Source of the DNA: Spirochaetota bacterium
Lineage (GTDB): Bacteria; Spirochaetota; UBA4802; UBA5550
Direction of reading: 5' to 3'
NCBI GenBank assembly: GCA_963663865.1
Contig: OY760686.1
Coordinates: forward strand, 2,816,001 to 2,880,000
Length of the DNA stretch: 64,000 nt
Under the pieces are notes generated by a model that saw only the letters and a program-made list of their open reading frames with translations, was not told the DNA's origin and did no database searches. The position numbers were made by a program, and so were the translations under genes. Positions 9,898 to 19,940 of this stretch are shown piece after piece; the stretch's first letter is position 1, and each line of letters starts with the position of its first letter.

Positions 9898-12645
9898 GTG
9901 TTAAAAAAGATTTTCGTTCCCTTAATGATGTTGTTTTTATTTTCATCCTGTAACAGTATCAACAATGATCAATTGAATGAGGAGGAGTCGATTACAGTTG
10001 ATTCAGTTAATCCTGAAAATTATTTTGTTACGTTAAAGTATTCTGATTTGCAGGCTAATGTCAGTAGTTCAAAAAAATATGTTGGGTCTGCAGATGTAGG
10101 AAATAAATCGTCAGTCGTCATTTTAAGGAGTGGCGGAGTATTTTGCAACTTCTCTACAAACTCATTGATAAAGAAATCAGATTATTATACATCTGATGGA
10201 GATGTTGCCATTATCAATGGTGTAAATGAAGGCCGCATGGGCTACAATGAATACCTTTCAGATAATAGCGACACATTTTTATCTTCAAATATAACGCCTT
10301 TAAACTACTTCGATATCTACGATATAAATAATGGAGAATTGAGTCAATCAGTACCCATTGTTTTTGAATATGATACTTCAGCAGTTGATACAACAAACCA
10401 ACAGATTGTAGATGCTGGAGGCACTAACTGGCTTTTTTTAACAGAGTCTGATTTGGGTGTTTATAAATATAATAAAAAAACTGGTTTATGGGAAGAGTTC
10501 AACAGTAATGTAACACAAAATGAAGACCAGAATTATTTCAATATGAATATAAGCCACGAGGGTGTTTTTTGCTGTGCATTTAAACAGGCAGCAATGACCA
10601 GATTGAGTGAATATATGGGACAAAATCCTGTAGTTCACAATAATTTGTTGATCAGTCTTACTTCAAATAAGTTAACTGAGGAAAATTCAGTTAAAACAGC
10701 AGGCCAGCAAACAAAAGAAATTCCATATAGTGATTTTTCAAAAGAATTTCCTTCAGATGAGGAAAACAATTGTAGTGCCAAGGTTTGGAAGATTGACGCT
10801 TCATCTTGGTTTAGTACATTTAATAGTCAATGCGAAATTCATGATTGGTGCTACAGGTACGGGAAGAATACATATGGATACAATAAATCATACTGTGATT
10901 CACAATTTAGAAATGATTTGCTTCACAGATGTACCACTTTCTTGCCGAATCCTTTTGACCCAACAATAAAAATTACACTTAACTTCGGTATAACCAAAGT
11001 TAAAATCAGAGTTCCAAATCCTCTGTATGCAGCTTTGGAATTGATTTATGTACCAGAAAGAATTGCTTGTGGTGTTGTTGCACTAGCAATGTGGGGTTCT
11101 GTTGAACTTTGGGGAAATGATGCATATCATAATGGGCAAAAAGATGGTGGTTGTTATGATTATAAAGACTCAGGTGTCAGTTGCCCAGACTTTAAAAATG
11201 GTATAATAACAACATCGAATGTTGCACCTGTTTTCCCAAATAATGCAACTAGTTTTTATTCTGTTTTAGAGCCCCATAACCTAAGTTATACATATAGTGA
11301 CGAACAAGAAATTTTCGAAGCTTCCAAGCTTATTCCAATAATGATTGAGAGCGGTAATAGTCAGGAATTTTACGTTTACATTGATAGCAATGTTGACAGT
11401 AATCACGCTAAAACCGTTAACAATACTGAATGGAGCGTAGATGATGGCACTGCCGGTCATTTTAATGCAACAACATCAACTACAAATTCAATAACTTTTT
11501 ATGCTGATAGTGATGCGGCCCCAGGACAGTACATGATAAAAGCAACACTTTATGGAAACGACGGTCAAGTGATGGGAATGTTTAATAGACCTATCATGAT
11601 ATCTCGTACTTCATATACTTATGAAGCAATCGTTAATACACTGGACAAGTTACCAGATGGCAAATACTGGTATGTAAAAGGTCCAACGCCTACTGACCCA
11701 TCTAAATGTAATCCTTATGCTCGGCTCACTGGCAGCAAAGCTGAAGTGCTGAATTACTATTCTATACATCCGGAGCATTTATACTGTATGGATGTGTTAA
11801 AAAAAGATCTTACTGATTATTCAAATGTGAGCACATTAAGATGGAAAGCTTACCAGCCTTTAGCGAATTACGGAAATAATGAAGCTTTTCATTATTTTTA
11901 TACTACATATTCCAGTAATGATCCAAGTATTTCTTGCCTTGAAGGAGTAACATCTTACTATAATGGGGTTTCAATTAACCTACCTGTGTCAATGGGAGTT
12001 ATTTCTTCAAACTCATCTTCAGAGGAGTTGCATAAACTATGGGGGCCAAGTTATGAACCATTGACGTATTTTGTAGGTTATAACGGCAGAAAAGTGGTTG
12101 GATGGCTGCCTTATCTTAGTGAAAAAGATACATTGAAATATAAAATTATATCTGCAATAGAAAGTGCACCAGAAGGTTCATTGTTTCAGATATTTACTGA
12201 AAATACTTGCAGTCCGTTGAAACCTTATCCGTTTCATACATATACTTCATCAAAAGCTGAAGCATTACAATGGGTTAATAATTTTTCTAATAGTAATTCT
12301 GCTGACGCTTTAGCAAGATTTAGCATCGTAGCAAATCCAGAGGTGCAAGACAGTGGGGAGGTGCCTTTGTATAAATGCACCATTTGCTCCCCTTTAGGTA
12401 CTCAAACTGTATGCACGACAAATCCTGATAATGATAGTTTTATTCATACGATAAAGTATGCCACATATTATATGGGATATATCAATGATATAACGATAGA
12501 GTCTGATATTATTGGATATATACACACTTCTCAAAAACAGAATTCAAAACCAGTCTATGATATTACATATGAATTTAATGGAGACAGCTTTAGTCAAAAA
12601 ACGGGAGAATGGAGAGTTATTGGCTACAAAACCAAGATTTATTAA
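9898..12645 (+). CDS. Large Cys-rich lipoprotein with a secreted-type phospholipase A2 domain
   Basis: Lipobox FSSC; CEIHDWCY...KSYCDSQFRNDLLHRC matches the PLA2 His-Asp catalytic helices; C-terminal HYFYTT / VPLYK repeat-like segments. Confidence 0.72.
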   Translation: MLKKIFVPLMMLFLFSSCNSINNDQLNEEESITVDSVNPENYFVTLKYSDLQANVSSSKKYVGSADVGNKSSVVILRSGGVFCNFSTNSLIKKSDYYTSDGDVAIINGVNEGRMGYNEYLSDNSDTFLSSNITPLNYFDIYDINNGELSQSVPIVFEYDTSAVDTTNQQIVDAGGTNWLFLTESDLGVYKYNKKTGLWEEFNSNVTQNEDQNYFNMNISHEGVFCCAFKQAAMTRLSEYMGQNPVVHNNLLISLTSNKLTEENSVKTAGQQTKEIPYSDFSKEFPSDEENNCSAKVWKIDASSWFSTFNSQCEIHDWCYRYGKNTYGYNKSYCDSQFRNDLLHRCTTFLPNPFDPTIKITLNFGITKVKIRVPNPLYAALELIYVPERIACGVVALAMWGSVELWGNDAYHNGQKDGGCYDYKDSGVSCPDFKNGIITTSNVAPVFPNNATSFYSVLEPHNLSYTYSDEQEIFEASKLIPIMIESGNSQEFYVYIDSNVDSNHAKTVNNTEWSVDDGTAGHFNATTSTTNSITFYADSDAAPGQYMIKATLYGNDGQVMGMFNRPIMISRTSYTYEAIVNTLDKLPDGKYWYVKGPTPTDPSKCNPYARLTGSKAEVLNYYSIHPEHLYCMDVLKKDLTDYSNVSTLRWKAYQPLANYGNNEAFHYFYTTYSSNDPSISCLEGVTSYYNGVSINLPVSMGVISSNSSSEELHKLWGPSYEPLTYFVGYNGRKVVGWLPYLSEKDTLKYKIISAIESAPEGSLFQIFTENTCSPLKPYPFHTYTSSKAEALQWVNNFSNSNSADALARFSIVANPEVQDSGEVPLYKCTICSPLGTQTVCTTNPDNDSFIHTIKYATYYMGYINDITIESDIIGYIHTSQKQNSKPVYDITYEFNGDSFSQKTGEWRVIGYKTKIY

Positions 12646-12744
12646 TTTACAAAAACTAGAAGTGTAAATATAAGATACAAAAGGGGTCCAGAATACAAAT
12701 TGCAAACCCCTTTTGTATCTTATTGCTTTATTATGCATATTCGT

Positions 12745-13440
12745 AAGCGTCAAATTGACGGCGGAGCAAATGTTACTATGAATCAAATTATTGAAGACTG
12801 TTTCGGCGCCATTCTTCATATTCAGGAAAATGCTGATACTTATGGCATTGATCAAAACAAACTTGCTGTCACCGGCGACAGTGCCGGGGGTCATCTTTCT
12901 GCCGTTATGGTCAACATGAGTGATCTCATAGGCGAAGGGGGATGGGGTACGACTGCCGGAGTTTATGAGTTTGTACCAACATATATGCCTGATGGAATGA
13001 CAGTTGCGCAAGCTAAAACAGCAATACAAAACTCAATTCTTGCAGGCGCCCCCAGCTATGGAGTTTTTGAAGCGGCAAGGCTGACATCAGTAGACGAGTC
13101 AATTCGAACTTACGTTGCTCCGCAGGCAAATATTCCTGATACTGCGGGTGGTGGTAGAACACTTGCACCGCAATATGTATCAGTGGGAAGTGAGGATACA
13201 ACTGTAATAACAGGTAACGACAACGGCGACCAGGCTGAATTGAATGGCCCTATTACCTATCACAATGCGCTGCTTGCTGCTGGTCAATCTTCTACATGGC
13301 GTCTGGTAGACGGTGCGACTCATGCCTACTTCGACTGGAAGCCAGACCCTACCACTCAGGCAACGTACAACAGTACTGGTGAAACAGAAATGACTTTGAT
13401 GATGCAGTTCTTTGACACTGTGTTCTACCCAGCACCTTAA
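12745..13440 (+). pseudogene. 5'-truncated HSL-family alpha/beta hydrolase
   Basis: Has LAVTGDSAGGHL and HAYFDW but lacks the upstream HGGG oxyanion strand and a proper start/RBS; begins at a composition shift. Start approximate. Confidence 0.65.
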
Positions 13441-13456
13441 ATAACAAACAACCGCT

Positions 13457-13489
13457 AAAAAAACTGCCCCTCAGGGGGCGGTTTTTTTT
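13457..13489 (+). terminator. Rho-independent terminator (bidirectional-looking)
   Basis: A7-CTGCCCC-tcag-GGGGCGG-T8. Confidence 0.8.
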
Positions 13490-13604
13490 CGTTTATTAAA
13501 CTTCTCCAATCCCCATCAACCCGATAATTACAAGACATTCCAGCAATTATGTTTATATTTACCCATTGCTGTGCCGAGATATTTTAATCCTTCATCAATC
13601 AACT

Positions 13605-13634
13605 GAAAAAGCCGCCTTTCAGGGGCGGCTTTTC
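13605..13634 (-). terminator. Terminator of the protease/inhibitor operon
   Basis: AAAAAGCCGCC...GGCGGCTTTT. Confidence 0.75.
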
Positions 13635-13658
13635 TCAATGTACTGATTGAATTAAATC

Positions 13659-14033
13659 TTATTTTATTTCCACTCCGACATCACAGCTTTTCACTGTCTC
13701 ACCAGAGGGATTTTTGTACTTTAAACTGATAATGGCCCCCCCTGATTTGAGCGCCTTGAATGTAATGACCTGTACATCCGGAGCACCGGTTATATCTCCG
13801 CCGGCGGTAATAACACCATCGGATATCTTTGCGATCGACTCTTCTGTGTATTCCGCATGCCACGCGTAACCGGTTGAAAGACTGGCGCTGAGTTTTAGTG
13901 AAAACTCCTCTCCGACAGCGACTACCGCGACTGACTTTGAGCCTTCTTCACCGCTGAGAATAAACTCCCTGGGGCCTTTACATCCCCCTAAAAACAAAGC
14001 TAAAACTGCTGTAAGCATTAATATGCGCTTCAT
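13659..14033 (-). CDS. Chagasin-family (I42) cysteine protease inhibitor, lipoprotein
   Basis: GGAGGA RBS then MKRIL...LGGC lipobox; VGEEFSLKL..SLSTGYAW, GAP and FKALKSG motifs. Confidence 0.8.
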   Translation of the reverse strand: MKRILMLTAVLALFLGGCKGPREFILSGEEGSKSVAVVAVGEEFSLKLSASLSTGYAWHAEYTEESIAKISDGVITAGGDITGAPDVQVITFKALKSGGAIISLKYKNPSGETVKSCDVGVEIK

Positions 14034-14043
14034 GTTTCCTCCT

Positions 14044-15324
14044 CTATTTTCTCTCAACAACTATCCATGCCGCACCGTAGCCGATATTATTGCAGCCATA
14101 CTCAACCCAGACATATCCCTTTTCACCCCAGCGCTCGCCCCATGAGTTTTTGACCAGATAGGCCTTTTTGGAATCGTCCCAGCCCACAATCGTAATAGCG
14201 TGGTTAATGTCCCTTGAACCGCTAACAGGAGCATGTTCATCGAATATCCCTCCGGCATATGCCTGGAACGCCGGCGTGACCTTTACGCACGCGGCAACAG
14301 GGCCGTACTTGCAGAGCGCCTCCTTCATCTGCTGAACTGACGGGATCCCGGCATCCGGTTTAACGTAGCCCCACGCGGCGATTTTATATTTGGACTGTCC
14401 TCCCGGACGGCACACATCCTCTTTCACCTTGTAGGGTATCTTTGATTCGAGCTGCGCGCTCTTATTTTTGTAGTTATCGAAAACACCTCCATACCAACCG
14501 CCGTTGCAGCTGCCGGCATCACGGCCATTGTTGTACGAAGCGCAGTCAAGAATTTCCTGCTCAGAAAACTTGACAAGCTCGCCGTTACGAATCAGCCAGT
14601 TTGCTTCAAGAACAGCGCCTGAGGTAAAGGCCCAGCAGCTGCCGCAGCTGCCCTGATTTTTTACAGGCGATACCATCTTCCTGTCAAGCCAGGTAAATGC
14701 CGGAAGCGCAGGGCTCGGCGGGCTAAGGATATCTGTTTCAAGCTTATCCCCTTCAAGCTCGTTTTCTTTTTTTTCAAGCTCTGCCATCTCCTTCTCTAAG
14801 CGCTTCTTCTCCTCAAGACGTTTTCTTTCTTCGGCAAGCCGTTTCTGTTCCTCAAGCCGTTTTCTTTTCTCCTCCGCCTTTCTGCGTTCAGCTTCACGCT
14901 CCTTCTTTCTGTCTCTAAACAGGTGGCTGTATTTTTTCTTAAAGCTGTCCCACTCGTTGGAGCTGATATTCCACTTCACGCTCGCATCGCGCTCAAGACC
15001 TTCAGGAGTCTCAGCCCCGGTAATATCAGCAATTTTGTACTTCATCTGCTCGGTAAGCTCTGCCTTAAACTTCAGATTTCTCTTCTTGATATCTGCAAGA
15101 GTCTGACTCATAAGCTCCTTTATTTCCTCATTGCTCCTCTGAATGGCTTCTCTGTCAGACTGAAAACGCTTGAGAATGTCATCCTTAGTGGTGTAGCTTT
15201 GCGCCAGCAGCGCTCCTTTTTTTGAGGGGGATGAGGCCGTATCCGACAGGATAAATACCAGGGCGAATACCGCAACAGCCGCGGCTGTCACCATCGGACT
15301 ACGCTTGATAAGATTTCGTTTCAT
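14044..15324 (-). CDS. Papain-family (C1A) cysteine peptidase, exported
   Basis: VKNQGSCGSCWAF, SEQEILDC, INHAITIVGW and KNSWG catalytic motifs. Confidence 0.93.
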   Translation of the reverse strand: MKRNLIKRSPMVTAAAVAVFALVFILSDTASSPSKKGALLAQSYTTKDDILKRFQSDREAIQRSNEEIKELMSQTLADIKKRNLKFKAELTEQMKYKIADITGAETPEGLERDASVKWNISSNEWDSFKKKYSHLFRDRKKEREAERRKAEEKRKRLEEQKRLAEERKRLEEKKRLEKEMAELEKKENELEGDKLETDILSPPSPALPAFTWLDRKMVSPVKNQGSCGSCWAFTSGAVLEANWLIRNGELVKFSEQEILDCASYNNGRDAGSCNGGWYGGVFDNYKNKSAQLESKIPYKVKEDVCRPGGQSKYKIAAWGYVKPDAGIPSVQQMKEALCKYGPVAACVKVTPAFQAYAGGIFDEHAPVSGSRDINHAITIVGWDDSKKAYLVKNSWGERWGEKGYVWVEYGCNNIGYGAAWIVVERK

Positions 15325-15794
15325 TTCTGCACCTTCCGGTAATATTTCTCTGTTATTGATACACTATAGCGGAATACAGTTCAAGAAATATTTATCCTCT
15401 CACACCTATTTCACAACATACATCAGCCCATTTTTTCTGTTTTACCCCGCTCTTCGGGAGATGAAACTATTTCCCGAAAGAAAAATCCTACTCTAATACC
15501 GCGGAAAAATGCGGTTCTTTTTCCCAAAATGAGCATCTCAATTATTGTTATATTTCGATACTGTAGAGCATAGATATGAATTTTTAATATTCAAAAATTT
15601 AACTCTTGACATTGACTGTAACATATATTTTATAAAAATTATGAATGGATTTCCGACACACAAAATATCATAGAATATTTTACCTCCGGCTCCCGGAGAG
15701 TTTCATACTGTTTTTTTCATAAAATTACAGATTTCAATCATCAGGTTTTTTACAGTTTCAATCTGAGATCTATATTCAATCAAGCGGTGCGTAA

Positions 15795-18611
15795 GTGATA
15801 GGATTCCTGAAATCATTACAATCAGACATATCCACCAGGATTGACCCGTCGCTGCAGTGCAGTTCCAGAGTACTGTTTACTATAGTGATATCTATTCTGA
15901 TATTTGTACCGCCATTCAGCCTGCTGCTGTATTACATAAACGGACAGAGCTGGCTAATGCTCCTTGTATCCTTTACTCTCTGGATCTTACTGATTATTTC
16001 TCTCTGCTTTCTCCGAAACGGCCGTTACTACGCCTCAGCCCACATTGCTCTTATTTCAATGCTTTCAATGCTCTGGATAGTTCTGATTCTCAAATCAACC
16101 GGTATTGTTAATACAATTATTGAACCTGTAATATTCATTCCGTCTGTTCTAATAGCAACCCCGCTTCTCGTTTCCGCGAAGAAAAGGCACGCTATTGTTT
16201 ACTACGCGGTCAATCTCGCCTTGTTTCTTACTTTCATTATTTGCAAACCTGAGATATTAGGATTCTTTCTTCTTGATTTTGCCACAATCAGCAACCTTAT
16301 TGTAATCTCATTTATGGTCATACTGGTTTATCAGCTTTTCAGGATTCACAGTAAAACTAATCTTGAGCTTGTTGATTCCAAAAGAGTAATTGATGAACGC
16401 AATTCAGAGCTGACTTTAATGAACAGCCAGCTCGAAAGATACAATAGCGAACTTATAATATTTCACGGCGAGCTTGAAAGGGCCAACTCACGATATGTGA
16501 CCCTTGTAAACAGCACTGATTCTATAATTCTAACCACAAACAATAAGGGCGTCTGCACATTCGTCAACAGTGCCGTTGAAAAATCCACCGGGTACCGTCC
16601 CTATGAGATCATAGGCAGACACATGGCCGATTTCCTTAGTCCAAACGATGCTGAAAAGATTATATCCCAGATTACAGAACTCCTTACAACAGGTAGGAAA
16701 AACTCAAGGTTCGAGTTTGACTTTTTTAACAGAGACGGCTCAATTTCAAGCTACATCATGTTTTTATCTCTGATGAAGGATGAAAACAATGATTTCATCG
16801 AAGCACATACAATCTGTACTGATATTACCCAAATAAAAAAGGCTGAAAAAACTATTGTTAAACAGAATGAACAGCTCAGAATAAGCAACCAGAAGTTTGA
16901 GACACTTTACGCGGAGTTGATTAAAAGCCAGATTGATATCCTTGAAAGCGAAAAAAAGTACAAAGACCTTTACGAGAATGCCCTTGTCGGTATGAGTACT
17001 ATCAGATTTTCGTCGTCTGAAATATTGAAAGTCAATTCCACCGCCGCAGAAATGCTTGGCTATTCAAACCCCTCTGACATTATCGGAAACATTACGGTGG
17101 AAGAGCTTTTCTTCGACAAAGCTGAATTTGATGTCATTTCAGCAGAAACAGAAAACGTGAACCAGTACTACAGGTCTGATGTAAGGCTCAAACGAAAAGA
17201 TGGCTCCGACATCTGGATTGAGCTTTCAACAAGGATCGATCACGTTCTTGATATCGCCGAGATAGCTATAATTGACATAACCAAGAGAAAACTTGCGGAA
17301 GACAACGTAATCAAGCTTACCTTCTACGATCATCTGACCGGACTACCCAACAGAAAGATGTTTACAGATGCTCTCAAAAATGAAATTAGCCGAAAGCTGA
17401 GAAAGGCAGACAGTAAGGTCTTCGCAGTTGCGTGCATAGGAGTTGACCGATTCAAACACATTAATGAAATACACGGAACCGCAACTGGAGACCGGCTGCT
17501 CAAAGAGGTTTCATCACGGTTAAAGGAAACATTCCGGAACGACGACGTCATATCCAGACTTGACAGTGATAAATTCATTGTTCTGTTCTCCGATATTGCA
17601 GCAGAATTCGACATTGTCTCAATCGTAAAAAAAACTGAAGCCTCATTCACCCCCCCCTTCCTTGTCGATGATCTCAGACTGAACATCAGCGTATCGCAGG
17701 GCGTCTGCATTTTTCCTCACGACGGAGACACAGCCGAGGAGCTGATCAACAACTGTGAAATTGCCATGTACATGGCGAAGGACAAGGGACTGTCGGCCTA
17801 CCATCTCTTCGACGCCGGAATGAACAGAAAGTTCATCGAAAGGATTAAACTCGAAAACGAGATGAAAACGGCCATTTCCGGAAATCAGTTTGAAGTCTAC
17901 TATCAGCCGATTGTTGACAGCTATGGCGATATCGCAGGAATGGAGGCCCTCCTCAGGTGGAACTCGCCTGTGCATGGGTTCATAAGTCCGGCCGAGTTTA
18001 TCGGGCTGGCGGAAAAAAATGGAATGATAATCGACATAGGCAAGCTTGTTCTTTTAGAGGCATGCTCCTGCAATAAACGCTGGCAGCAAATGGGCTGCAA
18101 GCCGATGAAAGTATCGGTTAACATTTCACCCTTTCAGCTGAAACACGACGGACTTGTCAGCATTGTTGAATCAACCCTGGAACAGTCTGGATTATCAGCG
18201 GAATGGCTTGAGCTCGAAATAACAGAGAGCGGAATCATTGAAAACGAAGCAGCTGCCATAGCAAAGCTCGGTCATCTCAGAGAGCTCGGAATATCAATCT
18301 CAATTGATGACTTCGGGACAGGATACTCTTCTTTGAGCAAGCTGAAAGACTATCCCATTAATACACTCAAAATCGACAAAGCCTTCATTGACGAAGTCCC
18401 CGAAAACCTGAAATCAGCCACACTCGCTATAACCATAATTGATCTGGCTCACAATCTCGGTTTCTCCGTAGTCGCGGAAGGCATTGAGAAAATTGAGCAG
18501 TATTCATTTCTGAAGGAACAATGCTGTGACCGTCTTCAAGGCTACTATTTCAGCAGGCCTGTTCCCGCTGAGGAATTTGAAAAGCTGTTGTTCAGCCAGT
18601 TGATGATATAA
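15795..18611 (+). CDS. Membrane PAS-PAS-GGDEF(degenerate)-EAL protein, probable c-di-GMP phosphodiesterase
   Basis: N-terminal TMs; two PAS domains; DHLTGLPNR; SRLDSDKF in place of GGDEF; intact EALLRW, DDFGTGYSSL, EGIE and QGYYF. Confidence 0.9.
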   Translation: MIGFLKSLQSDISTRIDPSLQCSSRVLFTIVISILIFVPPFSLLLYYINGQSWLMLLVSFTLWILLIISLCFLRNGRYYASAHIALISMLSMLWIVLILKSTGIVNTIIEPVIFIPSVLIATPLLVSAKKRHAIVYYAVNLALFLTFIICKPEILGFFLLDFATISNLIVISFMVILVYQLFRIHSKTNLELVDSKRVIDERNSELTLMNSQLERYNSELIIFHGELERANSRYVTLVNSTDSIILTTNNKGVCTFVNSAVEKSTGYRPYEIIGRHMADFLSPNDAEKIISQITELLTTGRKNSRFEFDFFNRDGSISSYIMFLSLMKDENNDFIEAHTICTDITQIKKAEKTIVKQNEQLRISNQKFETLYAELIKSQIDILESEKKYKDLYENALVGMSTIRFSSSEILKVNSTAAEMLGYSNPSDIIGNITVEELFFDKAEFDVISAETENVNQYYRSDVRLKRKDGSDIWIELSTRIDHVLDIAEIAIIDITKRKLAEDNVIKLTFYDHLTGLPNRKMFTDALKNEISRKLRKADSKVFAVACIGVDRFKHINEIHGTATGDRLLKEVSSRLKETFRNDDVISRLDSDKFIVLFSDIAAEFDIVSIVKKTEASFTPPFLVDDLRLNISVSQGVCIFPHDGDTAEELINNCEIAMYMAKDKGLSAYHLFDAGMNRKFIERIKLENEMKTAISGNQFEVYYQPIVDSYGDIAGMEALLRWNSPVHGFISPAEFIGLAEKNGMIIDIGKLVLLEACSCNKRWQQMGCKPMKVSVNISPFQLKHDGLVSIVESTLEQSGLSAEWLELEITESGIIENEAAAIAKLGHLRELGISISIDDFGTGYSSLSKLKDYPINTLKIDKAFIDEVPENLKSATLAITIIDLAHNLGFSVVAEGIEKIEQYSFLKEQCCDRLQGYYFSRPVPAEEFEKLLFSQLMI

Positions 18612-19691
18612 TCAAATCCTTACTCCGGCGGCGGAGCATATTTCCTCTGTCATCTTTGACAGAGGAACAACCCTGTCTACCGCCCCGAGCTTGATAGCCT
18701 CCTTCGGCATCCCGAAAACGACTGAGCTCTTCTCATCCTGCGCCAGGTTAAACGCGCCCGCTTCCTTCATCTCAAGCATGCCCTTTGCACCGTCGTCTCC
18801 CATGCCCGTCATTATGACACCAACGGCATTTTTCCCCGCTGAATAGGCCGCGGACCTGAAAAGGACATCAACGGACGGCCTGTGCCTCGTAACAAGAGGG
18901 CCATCCTTCACCTCGACATAGTACTCAGCACCCCTTCTCTTGAGGAGGGTGTGCATATTTCCAGGAGCTATCAGAGCCTGCCCCTTCAATATCCGGTCGC
19001 CGTTTGAAGCCTCTTTTACGTGAATGCGGCAGACACCGTCAAGTCTGTTGGCAAAATCCCGCGTGAACTGCTCCGGCATGTGCTGGACAACAATTATGCC
19101 GGGAACATCAAGAGGCATTCTTTCAAGAATATCTTTCAGCGCCTCTGTGCCTCCCGTTGAGGCCCCAATCACTATCACCCGGTCCGTTGTTTCCGTAAGA
19201 ATACTTTTTTTTCGGGGAATGATAACATCCGCGCTGCGTTTTGGCTGATGTTCAGCTAACATCGCCGAGGCGGATATTTTTTTTAACTTCGCACTTACCG
19301 CGGCTCTCACCGAGTCGACAATTCTGATTTTAGATTCTTCTATAAACTGCTTAGTTCCCATCTGAGGCTTTGTGATCACGTCAACAGCTCCATAGGACAT
19401 TGCCTTGAACATTGAGTCTGAACCTGTAACCGCTAGGCTCGAGCAGATTATTACAGGAATCGGGTGCTGGGTCATTATCTTCTGAAGGAAGGTTAGGCCG
19501 TCCATGCCAGGCATCTCTATATCAAGGATTATAACGTCGGGCAGCTGTTCCGAAATCTTCGTGACCGCTCTGTACGGGTCTGAAACAGCGGCAAGCACCT
19601 CAATATCGGGCTCTTCAAGCAATATTGAGGATATGGTCTGCCTGACAACAGCAGAATCGTCAACAATCATCACCTTTATTCTCTCAGCCAA
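18612..19691 (-). CDS. cheB: Chemotaxis methylesterase
   Basis: REC domain plus [20 protein letters not shown] and MTGMGDDGA. Confidence 0.96.
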   Translation of the reverse strand: MAERIKVMIVDDSAVVRQTISSILLEEPDIEVLAAVSDPYRAVTKISEQLPDVIILDIEMPGMDGLTFLQKIMTQHPIPVIICSSLAVTGSDSMFKAMSYGAVDVITKPQMGTKQFIEESKIRIVDSVRAAVSAKLKKISASAMLAEHQPKRSADVIIPRKKSILTETTDRVIVIGASTGGTEALKDILERMPLDVPGIIVVQHMPEQFTRDFANRLDGVCRIHVKEASNGDRILKGQALIAPGNMHTLLKRRGAEYYVEVKDGPLVTRHRPSVDVLFRSAAYSAGKNAVGVIMTGMGDDGAKGMLEMKEAGAFNLAQDEKSSVVFGMPKEAIKLGAVDRVVPLSKMTEEICSAAGVRI

Positions 19692-19817
19692 AACAGCCTC
19701 CAGTCATTACGATTTGACCCGGCCTTGCCGGAGGCAGCCGCTGCCCCTCTGCCTGACAATACATCTCATGACAGCTGAATAACAATCAACGAGCTCTATC
19801 CGCCGTCATTGAACACC

Positions 19818-19862
19818 ATTATAACAACAAAGTATGATAATACAAGTCAGTTATTCTGACTT
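19818..19862 (-). promoter_or_regulatory. Candidate internal sigma70 promoter for cheB with overlapping inverted repeat
   Basis: Minus strand TTGTAT-16 nt-TATAAT with extended TGn; AAGTCAG-5 nt-CTGACTT overlaps the -35. Confidence 0.5.
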
Positions 19863-19940
19863 AATAAAATGTTCGACAAAGATTTTTCCAATCATCATCG
19901 GTCGTATCCGGGTATTTCATCCGTCTCAAACCCGATGATG

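Noticed and set aside
17300-17810. Active diguanylate cyclase
   Set aside because: The signature reads DSDKF instead of GGDEF; degenerate GGDEF-EAL hybrids are common.
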